In this document: one piece after another, positions 52,376 to 64,000 of the stretch
Layout: each line of letters starts with the position of its first letter
How positions within the stretch are numbered: the stretch's first letter is position 1
NCBI RefSeq assembly: GCF_009834535.1
Contig: NC_045696.1
Coordinates: 74,588,001 to 74,652,000 of the forward strand
Source of the DNA: Camelus ferus
Taxonomy: Eukaryota
Length of the DNA: 64,000 nt
Reading direction: 5' to 3'
Notes under the pieces: generated by a model
What the model was told of the DNA's origin: nothing
The model's database searches: none
The model's input: only the letters and a program-made list of their open reading frames with translations
Translations under genes and position numbers: made by a program

Positions 52376-53569
52376 AAAAAATACTACATAAGACAGCACC
52401 GAAAATAGAAACATCTAAATTAACCTTTCCTTGCAATTGTACCCCACAGAATGACTACACTACAAACCCTTCTCTCAGTAGATCCTACAAGGACAATGAC
52501 GATTACCATATAAAGCAGGCATTCAACACAGCAATGACCTGGAAGCACCGTGCTATAAGCATAAAACATTGGCAAAAGCAATGTAGAACATGCACCCTGT
52601 GTTGCACCCTGGATCCAGCTGCATGTCCTGGATTTCTTCTTCAGATCCTGGAAAGCTCAGAATTCGACTTGGCTTGTGTAGAGGTTTATTAACTTGAAGG
52701 GAAATGTTTGGCACCAGCACCTGAGATTCTTGAAGCTACTTTTCTCTAAAGAGTTAAAGTAAGTCCACTAACCTTTGGAAGTAGGAAAATTACCCAAAAG
52801 GTGAATCAAAAGAATCTTGACACAACCTAACTGCCAGCCCTCAATTATAAAACAAATGAGAAATGAAATCAGTTCAATGAAAAGGGCGTGGCTGACCAGG
52901 AGTGCACCATATTTAGTGAAAACACCCTTACCAGTTCTCTCTGAGGCAGGCTGATTCAGTCAGGGAAAGATAACAAAGAAGGAGAGAAAAGACACATGTC
53001 TTAATATTTTTCCTTAAAAAATCATCTTACCTTAAAGTAAACAAGAAGAGACTAAAACCTAGACAGATGGAGAAGACTGACCTAGGTGTTGGTCCAAGTC
53101 TGTGCTTCATAAATGGTTTCAGTGATGCTTAGATGATGGGTTCTTAAGGCCACTGCTCAGTATTTAAGTTTCTCATTATTAACCCTGATATTATTTCCCT
53201 TTTCCCTCACAAAATGATAGAAGGAATTTACTGTACAAACATAACCAAAAGCTAACATTTTAGAGCATATGGTGTGAGAGCATAAAGGAAACCAGTGGTG
53301 AAGCTGACAGTACAAGCAGGAACCACTTCTAACCCTTTGCTGCACTGGAACACCATCACTGCCAGCTGATGTCAGGGACGCGGAACACACAGTATCCTTT
53401 AAAACCCACCTTCCCCATTTGTTCCTAAAATGATAATAATTCTTATAATGAATTCTAGGGCTTCCTCCTACTATTCTAATGGTGGATTTGATCATGCACA
53501 TTCATATCACAAGTCTTGGTTCCTGCTTCTGTCCTCTCAGCCAAGAGATATACAGAAAGACACTAACAA

Positions 53570-53790
53570 GAACAGCTACCTTATATCAAGACCCTGCTGT
53601 GTGCACTGGGCTACGTGCTCACGCCCCTTAATAAACCTGTGAGAGAGACACCATGATTATCCTCAAGATAATCTGAAGCTTAGAAGGATCTGAGAACTCG
53701 CCCAAGACTTCACAGCTAACAAGAGGCAGAATCAGGATTTAAACCTGGGCTGAGTCCAAAGCCTACGCCCTCCAACCCCAGAGATTAAGG
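53570..53790 (-). mobile_element. MIR SINE just downstream of the exon 6 donor
   Basis: cccaagacttcacagctaacaagaggcagaatcaggatttaaacctgggctgagtccaaagcc. Confidence 0.7.
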
Positions 53791-53850
53791 CACTGGCTGA
53801 ATCTAAGAGGGAGCCTCTGAAAGCTCCCAAGTCAGTAAAGGCACACTTAC

Positions 53851-54035
53851 CTGCCCCGTCAGGAGTGATGGTTCCCAGCTTCACAGCTAGAGGGTAGCCC
53901 AGGTCTCTGTAATGTTCCAGCGCGTGCCCGTTGCCCCCGGAGCTGTCAAAGAACCACTTTCCACACAGCACAGAGCCGTCAGTCAAATTCAACCAGAGGT
54001 TTTCCCGCAGGTCACACCTGGCACACTTCCAACCA
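53851..54035 (-). CDS. USP13: USP13 exon 6 (185 nt), ZnF-UBP domain [61 protein letters not shown]
   Basis: CxxC...C...H zinc ligands; acceptor tttccag|T, donor CAG|gtaagt. Confidence 0.97.
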
Positions 54036-54264
54036 CTGGAAAGTCATCAGAGAGCAATCAGCACAGCCGGGGCATCAGGCGTGATTTGAAAATGAACATC
54101 TAAGAAAACAGAGTGTCTCTAGCTAGGGGTCCCAGGAGATGGTCAGTGGAATAACAGAGACTCATTCCAGAGCTACAGGACCACTCAGTACCCTGTCTGC
54201 CCCTCTGGTGGGGGCCAGCTCCTCCCAGCTCCAAGATGGCTCTTTTACTTTAGAAAACTGATGC

Positions 54265-54405
54265 AATGAATACAAATATACTTATGTTCACGTAAGATTG
54301 AAGCATTATGCTGTACACCAGAAACTGACACAACATGGTAAACTGACTATACTTCAACAACAACAAATATATATATATATACACAAAAAAAAAAAGAAAA
54401 AGAAA
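54265..54405 (+). mobile_element. Lineage-specific L1 3' tip with (TA)n/poly(A) tail
   Basis: ttatgctgtacaccagaaactgacacaacatggtaaactgactatacttca followed by tail. Confidence 0.75.
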
Positions 54406-54924
54406 AAATTGATACAGAACCTGAGGACAGGAGGAAAGGTCATTTCCTTAAAATTACTACATGAGGGAAAGTGAATCCTGAATAAGCTTAAAACACTAAA
54501 GATCCCACGTGTACAAACATCTAAAGTCTAAAGCATTAGCCACAAATAGTAAAACTAGTTTCATCAAGACTCTACGACACTGACAGTCTAAATTAGGTAG
54601 AAGGAAAACAACTGAAAGTTAAATGTCAGGTATGTGCCAGGTGCTTTACAGAAGTTTCATCATCGTTTAATTCTAATAAACATCCTTCAGCATCAGCATT
54701 ACCATCCCCATTAACAAAGGGAGACAGGCCCAGAGGTATCCTGCCTTCCCTAGGCCCACACAGAACTGGGATGCAGTACAGTCAGGGTTTAACCACACTG
54801 GACACAGTCCTCATCCACCTGCCCTTTGCCTCTAGCACCTGCCTCTGGAAACACACCAGCATCTAATTACAGGAGGTGCCAAAGTAGTCTAAGGAGCATT
54901 CCAGCCAAAATGTGCGGAACACTG

Positions 54925-55385
54925 TTGTAAGTCTTCCTAAGTTGGGTTCCCCAAGAAGCAGACCTGAGACAAAGATTTGAATGCAAATGGCTTGTTTGGG
55001 AACTGATCCCAGGACGCACCCTAGGGCAGTGGGGGAAGAGAGACTGAAAGGACAGAAAGCCAGCGCAAGGACTGTCAACAAGCTGATGGCCCCATGGGCA
55101 ACTGGGGCTCAGTCCCTCTGGGGAACTCCAGGAGGCAGGCCCCTACCTGAGGGTAGGGATCTAGGGTAGTCCTCCTCCACTCTGCAGTCACTGGTTGAGA
55201 GCTGTTCCAGGAGGACGGGAGGGAGCATTAACTCCGTGGCATTTCTGACTGTCCCACGCAGTGGCCTACCTGGCTCTGCAGGCAGAGAAAGCCCTCAAGC
55301 AAAGAGCTGCAGGTGCTTGCAGCCGAGGGCCTTAGGGCGGGGAGGGGCTTGAGGGTATGGGCTGGCCATGTTCAGCATCTATTAC
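54925..55385 (-). mobile_element. Old ERVL-type solo LTR
   Basis: gggttccccaagaagcagacctgagacaaagatttgaatgcaa...cagcatctattaca; subfamily not assigned. Confidence 0.6.
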
Positions 55386-55546
55386 ACAGGTACAGATAAT
55401 TTTAGAGAGAATTTTTTAGCTTATTTTTAAGAAAAGGCATCTGATAAGAAAATATGTAACTACTAATTCAGTGAAGAGGTAGAAAAATAAATATTCCTTC
55501 AGCCAGTTTTAGGGGGTAGAGTTCCACTTTGCTGTCTGACCCTCAC

Positions 55547-55689
55547 CTTGGAGGAATCCTGACTCCGTTGTCCAACTGCGTGAGGTTATTGGCATATTTG
55601 GATACTGGCAATTCATTTTCCCATGTGTCTGGGTCCTGCTTTCTATACGGAGACTTTGAGCTGAGAACTGCATCACAAGCAATTGTTAC
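55547..55689 (-). CDS. USP13: USP13 exon 5 (143 nt), [47 protein letters not shown](S)
   Basis: Manual translation; acceptor cttacag|GTA, donor AAG|gtgagg; absent from the ORF track. Confidence 0.96.
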
Positions 55690-56409
55690 CTGTAAGACAA
55701 ACCCAGATGTAATACATTAAAACAGTCTGAGAGAACAGCAACTTCTATAAGGTGAATTTAAAAGTTTATTAATAAATACAGCTTAATTCAAGAAAATTCA
55801 AACAGCTCAGTTACCATGAGAGCAAGATGCTACTTTCCTGACACCAGCACTTTCTCGCTGGGTCTAGCTAGGTTTTGTCCAGGCCTGGAGTATGCAATAT
55901 TAACAATAACACAAGATAGCAAAGAACCAAATCCACTTTGTAAACCCAAGCACAGGAGTCAGATTTAACAATTCCTACCTCTTAGCCAGCGAAGTGAGAA
56001 GCATAAGGTGAACAATTTACAAGGGTGAAATTAGCAACAGGAATGCCTAGGATTTCCCCAAGTGGCGTGTTTTCCTCCTAACAAATATACACCCAGATAT
56101 CCAATATCCTTAACTCATCACACAATGACAGGTGTTCAAGGGCACTTGAATGGAATGCAAGCAGCACAGCTCCTTCTTAATCTGGTGCAAATGTGACCCT
56201 GGATGGGGACATGCCTAGGTGTCTCTGTGCCAGATCAGTCCACGTCCTGAGCAAATCTGTGATGTCCAGCTTGGCACCAACTTACCATGGGGAGGGCAGA
56301 CTCTCTGCTTTCTCCCAAACCCCACTGATTCTGGACATATGCCTCTCACCACATTCGCTATTTGCTTAATGCTATAAGCTATTTCTGCTCTCTTTAAAAA
56401 CACAGTCTG

Positions 56410-56960
56410 ATAAGCATGTAAAATGGTGTAGCCACTTTGGAAAACAGTTTGGCAGGTACTCAAATGGTTTAAGAGAATTACCATATGACCTGGCAATCCC
56501 ACTCCCAGGTATACACCCAAAATGAATGTGTCCACACAAAAACTTATACAAATATTCACAGAAGCATCATTCATAACAGCCAAATAGAAGAAATAACCCA
56601 AATGCCCATTAACGATAAGTGGATAAATAAAATGTCATATATCCATACAATGAAATGTTATTCAGCAATAAAAAGGAATGAAATACTGATACATGCCACA
56701 ACATGGATGGATCTTGAAAATATATGCTAAGTAAAAAAAAAAAAAAAAGTCAGCCACAAAGAACCATGTATTATATGATTCCTTTTATATGAAATGTCCA
56801 GAATAGGCAAATCCATAGAGACAGAAAGGAGATCAGTGATTGCCAGAGACTGGGGGGATGAGAGGTTGAGAGGAATTGGCTGTCGGGATAATAAAAATAT
56901 TCCAAAATGAGACAGTCATGATGGATTCCCAATTCTGAATATAATAAAAGTCAGTGACTT
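56410..56960 (+). mobile_element. L1MB-like 3' end
   Basis: gtaaaatggtgtagccactttggaaaacagtttggcag...atgccacaacatggatggatcttgaaaa...aggcaaatccatagagacagaaag. Confidence 0.88.
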
Positions 56961-57544
56961 GTTTTAAAAAAAAATTTTTAAACAAAAATCTGTATTCTAC
57001 AAGACTGGCATCCTGCACAGTTAGCTGAACTTCACGCAGAATATTTCCCCCTGGGGAGCACTGACCACTGACCCCAGAGCTAATGAGGAGACAACAGAGG
57101 AAGCTCCCTCAGGGGCCCTCCCACCCCCCACCCCCACCCAGGCCATGAGCAGTTCCTATCAGTCCTTCAGCCAAAATCTATTTGGAATCTACCTCTTCTC
57201 GATTTCAGTCACACGCATCCTCATCTCAGCCACCATCCCAGCTTATCGGGATGGCCACACAGCAGCCTCCTTCCAGTCCCCTTTCTTCCGCTCTTGCTTC
57301 CTCTTCTCTGCCCAGCAGCCAGAGTGATCTGCTATGAACATTAGATCCTATCCTTCTCCAACTTAAAATGCTCCAGGGTTATACTAAGCACCACCAATTG
57401 ACAGCAAGGGGCTAGGCACGGTCAGGAAAAGAAAAAGGTCCCTGCCCTCCAAAAGCTCATACTCCATTTCAGATCAGGCAATCAGGCCTCCGTGAATATA
57501 TCTGAATTTTTTTTAGCTGGGGTGGGGGGTATTTATTTGGTAGA

Positions 57545-57750
57545 AATTTGTAACCAAAGTATACTTGATTTGCAATGTTTTATTAGTTTCAGGTGTACAA
57601 CATAGTGACCTGATATTTTTATAGCTTATACTCCTTTTAAAGTTATTATAAAATATTGGCTATATTCCCTGTGCTGTATATTATATCTTTGTATCTATTT
57701 ATTTTATACCTAGTAGTTTGTACCTGTTAATCCTCTATCTTGCTTCTCCC
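57545..57750 (-). mobile_element. L1 3' end, cetartiodactyl type, same sense as USP13
   Basis: ttagtttcaggtgtacaacatagtg...ggctatattccctgtgctgtata. Confidence 0.75.
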
Positions 57751-58283
57751 TAAACCTTTTAAAAGATAGTCCCATTTATCTCCCACAAGCAAATGTTACA
57801 TAATTACCTTTCCTTTCAATTATCAAAATTCATCTCCACCCCCTTCCAGTAACGCCCTTAGAAAACAGGGTTGAGTTCACCATTAGCCGCTTTCTGATTT
57901 TAAGGGTGGACATGCTGCCTCAGCACTGCTGGCTCCACATCCTAATCTTTTTAGTCTGGCCTGTTATAACTTTGTTTCACTAACGACCTTGATCCCTTCC
58001 CTGTCCTCCCATGAATCTTCTCCACCCCATGAGGTCTTTTCAAAGTGTTCTAGTTTGCAATGCACAATGACTTTGACCACTATTTGGATGTAATATTCTC
58101 TTTCCTTTGAACATCCTTCCTGGTGATACTCAACAAAATTCCCTTAAACAGTCTGAGACACTATAAAACAATGACCTAGTGTTCTCAGAATACCATCTAA
58201 AATCACTCAGAGGCCCTTTTTATGGATCACAACTGAAGGTCAGGATCCATTATCCTATAATTATACTGTGAATTATCTCATGT

Positions 58284-58700
58284 TCAGGGCTGTTCTGGAA
58301 TTGGCTCAAACTGGCTCACATAATTGATAGTTGAATTTTAAGAAATTCTGCAAGAGAGTTGTTAAACACAGTCATTATTAAAAATTAAATTATAAAAACT
58401 CACAACAAAATATACTCTTAAAAGGTAACAAATATTCAAAACTCTTTACTCCCTAGTTGTGTTACTATATCTTACTATTAGCTTTATGCTCTTGGGGTCA
58501 TTTAGGTCCATATCATGTGAACAGTGGAACCTCTATGTGATGGTGTCCTACTGCACATACCTTCCCAATACTGTGATCTGTGCTGTTAGCCTGAAATCGG
58601 CCACGGTGGGAGGATTTCCACCACAGAAATCAGCAAACACTAGAGCACAGGGCTCCTCCCCCAGGGAGCTGGTTGCTAACCATTCCCAAGCACACCAATG
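58284..58700 (+). mobile_element. MER63-like hAT-Blackjack element
   Basis: ggctcaaactggctcac...gttgttaaacacagtcattattaaaaattaaattata...ccaagcacaccaatg. Confidence 0.7.
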
Positions 58701-60439
58701 CTCAAGTTTCTGAGTCAACAAATAGGCACTGAGTCCCAGGCTCTAAGATCCCTAATGAGCCCCCAAATGCGATGTCTCTGTGACCCTTGCATCACTAAGA
58801 GCTGGTTTAACTCTCTGGCAGAATTTATAGAGTACCTATCTGAAACCAAAATTTTTTGTGATGAGAAGCTCAAGAGGTGATGGAAGAGTCACTTGGTGGG
58901 GTGATTTGGTGCTCAGTAATTTTTGCTATTTGAAAGCTTCAAAAGAGAATTATCAAACACCAAAAATGTAGTGAAAGCATGAAAAGAAATTATAGTAACT
59001 AGCATCTGTCATATAGGTAAATCTTACCAGTTACTGTCAGATAAATCCAGGCTTTTCCTTCTAGCTCCCTACCTCACCTTCCAAACAATTCTCTCCCTCT
59101 TTAATTCTTAAAGCATTTCTAAATTCTAAAACACTCTGTATTAAAAATTGTAATATGTATTGCTGGATTCAGATTTCTATGACACTTCACTTTTCTGTAA
59201 GTGTTCATACTTAGAATTATGTTCTCAATATAAGAATAATTGAAAGTACTTCAAGTTTTTCACATAAAGACTTCTTAAGTGAGTGAGAGAAAAATCATTT
59301 CTCATGACATTCATTCACAGCGTGCTGCTTCTTTTCTGACAGCAGACATAGGAGTTACATTAAACAAGAACCGTAAGAACTCTCAGTGTCATATAGATAG
59401 AAGCTTTGTATATAACATCAGGTAATGGGACAAGGTAAGACCATATTGTCCATTCATATATTTCACCCTTGTAACAGCCATGTGAGTCAAACAGGGAATT
59501 GGAGAAAGCAGAGGTAATTTAATTCACACATTGCTAAAAGCTATGCACTCAGGACTCAAAAGGCTATGCTATATCAGATAATTAAAGGGAAGAGCTACCA
59601 TAGCTAAACATACAAAATTTTCATTTCTCTGGTCTTATGTTTAGGTATGAAGTAGGTCAAAGAGGTTGAATGGTAGAAACCTGGTTCCTAACGACAGTGG
59701 AACCCCAAGCACAAAAGTCCCCTCTCCGCAGGGGCGAGTGAGGAGGTGGCTGTAGATACAGAGTCACACAACATCCAGGAGGATCGGGACCCCCAAGACC
59801 TGGCTTTGGTCCTGGCAGAGTTTGAGGAGGGAAAAAACGAACTGGCACGTGTAACTCTATCGACCCCAACCTCTGACCGCGCTACCTGCGGCCAGGCTCA
59901 GAAGTCAGGCGGCAACAGAGAGGGAGAGAGGGAGAGAATAGGGAAGGGAACACAGGAAAGAAGGATGCAGCGGTGGAGACAACACAGGAAATGAGGGAAG
60001 AACAGGAAAACGGTCTGGGTCCCCACAGGATTTGAAAATCAAAGTGTAACAGAAACTGGTTTCCTACCACCAACCCCAGCTTCACGTTGTTCAAGAAGAC
60101 GTAAAGTCACTCTACAAAAAAGAAAGGAGAAGAAGAGGAGGGGAGGGGAGGGCAGGGAAGGGGAAAAAAAAAACAAAAAAACTCACCACTAAACCTAAAT
60201 TCTAAAACCTAGAAAGCTGTCTTCGTCCTGGAACAAAACTAACAAGTGGGTTCACAGCCCCCACAGTCCTCCTGCAGACCCGGGATCAGTAAATATTCGG
60301 TTATTTTTATAACTGTGCTGCTGTGTTCTCAGTGGGGCCCTTTTATGTTTCCCAAACAAAATTCTACGTGGAAGGCCAACGTGCAGGAGAGAGAAAATTT
60401 TAGGCGTTCCTCTGATCGGAAGGCAGCCCCTCTCCAGCA

Positions 60440-60770
60440 GCCCTGGCACGTCTCGGGGGCGCGGTCTGAAAACCTAGGCAACAGACTGTGATTCACAGGT
60501 GGCAAGAAGCCAGCCCGCCTGGAGGAGGCCGCCGGTGAGCAGTGAAGCCCAAGCAGCCCCGAAGTCACAGGCGGCGGAGGGGACACCGCCCAACGTTCCT
60601 GGAATGGAGCCTCGCAAGGCCCTCTCCAGGAGGGAGAAGCGATCTGCCCTGCTCCAGCTCACTCTCCTCTCCTCTCGCTCGACCCGCCTTCCCCGCCTCC
60701 CAGCGCACGCACACGGCACACGCACACACACCTGACACAGAGTCACGCGCATCTAGCTAGCAGCCGTGCA
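60440..60770. promoter_or_regulatory. Small intragenic CpG-rich patch just downstream of exon 4
   Basis: GC/CpG-rich (gggcgcgg, ggccgccgg, ggcggcgg, cgcacgcacacgg). Confidence 0.45.
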
Positions 60771-60781
60771 CACTCACTGAC

Positions 60782-60903
60782 CAGGGCTGGTAACTCCTCA
60801 ATATTTGGCAGTGCTATTTCATAGTGGTCTGGAAATATAACAAGCTTGGCTTCATCTTCATATTCATAATCGTCGCTATTTAAATCATCATCAGTATCTA
60901 GAT
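60782..60903 (-). CDS. USP13: USP13 exon 4 (122 nt), (D)[40 protein letters not shown]
   Basis: Acceptor ttttctcctcag|AT, donor CTG|gtcagt; peptide visible in ORF 60743..60967. Confidence 0.96.
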
Positions 60904-61282
60904 CTGAGGAGAAAACAAAAACAGAGAACAAGAAAGTATAAGAGCACATTCTACACCAAGGCAGCACTCACTAGGAAAGCCAGAAATCCACGGGGACGAC
61001 AAACCACGGGCCGACGTTCACAATTCCCGCCTCTGATGTTGCCACCCATCGGCCTCAAACCAGGAATAAAAGGCTTTTTCCAAGTTGCCGAAGTTCTACA
61101 TCCGTATCTACTCGGGACAGATGTACAAAGAGGACTGAGCCACATCACACAGCTTTACCACTGAAATAGACATCTGTGCTAGATACTCAATTCTTAAAGA
61201 TGTTTAGAGGAATAGGCTGGTCCTTATTATCTGTTGGGTACCTGGCTCCTGATTTCCCAAGAATGGGCTGGAATGTTTTTCA

Positions 61283-61510
61283 CAGCACAGTGGAAGACAG
61301 CACATAGGTTTGAGAGCAGATAAACCTAGGTTCAACTCTGGCCCCCAAAACTTAATGTTTCTTTAAGCAAGTCATAAACTCTGTAAGCCTTAGTTTCCTC
61401 ATTTGGAGAATGGAGATAACACTTATCTCACACAGTTTATACGGGGAATAAATAATAAATTATAAACAAGAGACCTGGCACATAAAAAGCTGTCAGTAAA
61501 TGGTAACAAT
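61283..61510 (+). mobile_element. MIR SINE
   Basis: cctaggttcaactctggcc...gcaagtcataaactctgtaagccttagtttcctcatttggagaatggagataac. Confidence 0.75.
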
Positions 61511-64000
61511 TATTTTAAAATAAAAATCTCGATTTCCCTCCCTCTCTCTCTCCCCCTCCCTCTCCCTCCCCACTAAGAGTTGTTGATATACTGCACAGTA
61601 AATCAGAGGGGGAAGCCCCATGATATAAGTAGTCCTGTTGTGCTTGGGCTGTGGAGAATTCTCAGTAAGAAATCTAGCCTGTTGTCTATCAAGTCATCGC
61701 CTCTTTGCTTGGCTAATCTCTGGGAAGGATAGGCAAAGACTCAAGGAAATGTCTTGTCACAATATTTACATGGACATTTCAGTCTTGTGCCCACATGGGT
61801 GCCAGCATCCCAGATCATGTTTGTATATTTAGATGTTTAGAACTATGGTGACAAAGAGCCATTGAGCCATGTTCCACCCACACACACACAAACCCACACA
61901 CAAACATGAGCTCTGTAAATAGGAGAAAGCTATTTTACTAGACCAAGCAGCCGCCTGAGAAACAAAGTATCTAGATTCTGTTATGACCATGTTGTATGCC
62001 TCCAGCCAAAAACCTGGTATCTTTTTATGTACAGCTCTGCTCTTAAATTCTCAAAGGGAGAGCAGTTTTAGTGGAAAATGAGATACAGCTAAAATGCAGT
62101 CTACACATTTTAATAAAAGATTCCAAATAATAAGAATCAGGTATGCCAAAATAAACAAACTACATTGTTAGAAAGTTATAAGAGGTTATTTCGACAAAAA
62201 GCAACGTTTAAAAAAGAACCTAAGAGTTTAAGAACTAACTAATGGCATTTACTTAAAGAAAATGATTCAAATAAAGGCAGGCATTATATGTGCGATAAAA
62301 ATCTGAATGCCCCAATATCTACAATGTTTAAAAATTAGAACCTCAATATTCAGTGAGAATGGTGTTCAATCCAATAGAATATTATTTAAATGATATTTAG
62401 TTAACTACATAGAAACACGGAAATGTTTATGCCACGTTAATGTTAAAAATGCAAAATTCATCTTCCCTGAAAAGTCTTTGTAGCAGTTAAAATCATAGAC
62501 AAAAATTAGAAGGAAATCTGGACAAATGAAAATCGTGAGTGGGGGAGCTTTATTCTTAAATTTTTCTTTATTATTATGTATAATAAATTTAAGTAACCAA
62601 AGTACAAATCTTTCATTTTTGTGTACAGATTCAACTCATGTAACACATTATCTATGTGTCTCTTTTTCACAGAAAATATACTTAATGCTAATTCAGATCT
62701 TACCTGGCCAAAAACAGTGATAAACTAAGCCCCCCGACCCTGCCAAAAAAAAAAAAAAAAAAAAAAAAACTGCTCTGATATTGACTAGGTACTAAGCCTG
62801 GGCAAGTTCTTTCCAAGTTCATTTTCCTCATGAGTAAGCTATGAGTAATAATTACCTACCCAAGACTTTGAGAGGATGAAATAAAGTAAGTTTTTAAGGC
62901 ACCTAGTACAGGATCGGTAGGTATTAGGGGCTCCACAGACAGTAGCTGCCACCCCCCTTACCACCACATCATCTCTTCCCTACGCTCCACACAACTAACA
63001 TGATTGGCAGCTCCAAAGCAATCCTGAAATAAGCTTCAGGAGGACCAGGATATCATGGGGGATCTTCTGTGTGATCTGAGTATAGAGAAGATGCAAACTT
63101 CAAATGCTTCCAGGCTGTAGCTTTAAGAGCAGGAAATGAGTCTAATTCACCTTCCATAACCTTAGCCCCAGCCCAGCGCCCAGCGCCCAGCACACACCAC
63201 ACATTCAGTACATGCCTGTGAAAGGAGACTTTAGGAAGTTCACAACACCAGCATGCCAAGGACAAGAGCAAGGCCAGAGCATCCAAAGTGTTGTTAGAAT
63301 TTTTTTTAATTGGTAACTGATGCATTGTTTAAACAAGGACTGCTGTCATGCAAAACGCAGAGCTTTGATGAGCTCCGTTACACTTAGTTTATAGTTTACT
63401 TTTATTTTAAAGTCAATGGGATCGAAGGGCACCACGATCTTTCCCAGACATCTTAATCCAATGCAGGGGAAAGTCACCAGAGGTAACCTACACTCTGATT
63501 CTAAGGGACAAATCTAAGGTTTCTCCTCAATACATGTGACCCCCACAATCCTAGGTATAAATCCACCTTTCTGTATTTCTCTGACTGGAGTCTCACCACC
63601 CCAAAAATACCTAGTTGAGGAACCTACAGAGTAACCACAGCCTAAGAACCAGCAAAACAAAGACTCCCAACCTCTCCAGCAGCTAAATTCCACTGGGAAT
63701 ATTAACTGGCAATCCTGGGTTCTTTTTCTAAGTCAAAAAAAATTTTTTTTCTAATACCTCTTCCTCAACTCTACTTCAATGATCCTCTCAGATTCCTAGA
63801 AGTGGCTGGGACCACAGCCATTTCCAAGAAGTCACTACAAAGCAGCACAGTCGAGGAAAGAATCCCTAAATCAAACGAGAGCTCTGAAGCCTGGCTCAGA
63901 GTTCTCTCGGCCTGACCACGTGGACTTTAACTTATGAGCTGGAGATGAGCAGGCTGCTGCTCCGGGGCTGTGAAATCTCACGAACTGCTCAAGAAGGCAC

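Larger units (their letters stand above)
10872..60903 (-). other. USP13: USP13 gene, partial (coding exons 4-19 with introns); ubiquitin carboxyl-terminal hydrolase 13
   Basis: 16 exons with GT-AG boundaries splice into [12 protein letters not shown]...[14 protein letters not shown]...[10 protein letters not shown]...QQDAQEFF...MGFPLEACRKAV...[12 protein letters not shown]...KDGSG. The CGKWFFD ZnF motif and the linkers match USP13 rather than paralog USP5. Exon lengths sum to 2059 nt (phase 1 to phase 1), one nt more than a multiple of 3. Confidence 0.98.

Noticed and set aside
1..64000. A novel multi-gene system, CRISPR array or independent nested gene
   Set aside because: The window is explained by USP13 exons plus intronic repeats. 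No repeat-spacer array, long intact ORF or second spliced gene was found by eye.

Overview
Mammalian genomic DNA, most likely camelid (three tRNA-derived SINEs of the Vic-1 type plus cetartiodactyl-type L1 3' ends). The whole window lies inside the USP13 gene (ubiquitin-specific peptidase 13 / isopeptidase T-3) on the minus strand. Sixteen consecutive coding exons (exons 4-19 by human numbering, recalled from memory) can be placed with canonical GT-AG boundaries between 60903 and 10872. They encode the ZnF-UBP domain, the catalytic Cys box, most of the USP domain and both UBA domains. Exons 1-3 and 20-21 (His box) were not found and presumably lie outside the window. The main anomaly is a 1-bp insertion in exon 8, four codons after the catalytic cysteine (GNSCYLSS). 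It breaks the frame and gives a stop in exon 9 while all other exons are intact, so it is either an assembly error or a recent null allele. Other points of interest are a 27-nt microexon, a tandem 5' splice site, UG/G-run tracts next to donors, a nested Tigger/ERV insertion, a twin-primed L1 with perfect TSD, and a few candidate intronic regulatory clusters. I found no evidence of a novel multi-gene system; almost all other ORFs in the track are spurious intronic or repeat-derived frames. Repeat family names are by-eye recognitions and their boundaries are approximate unless a TIR or TSD is stated.
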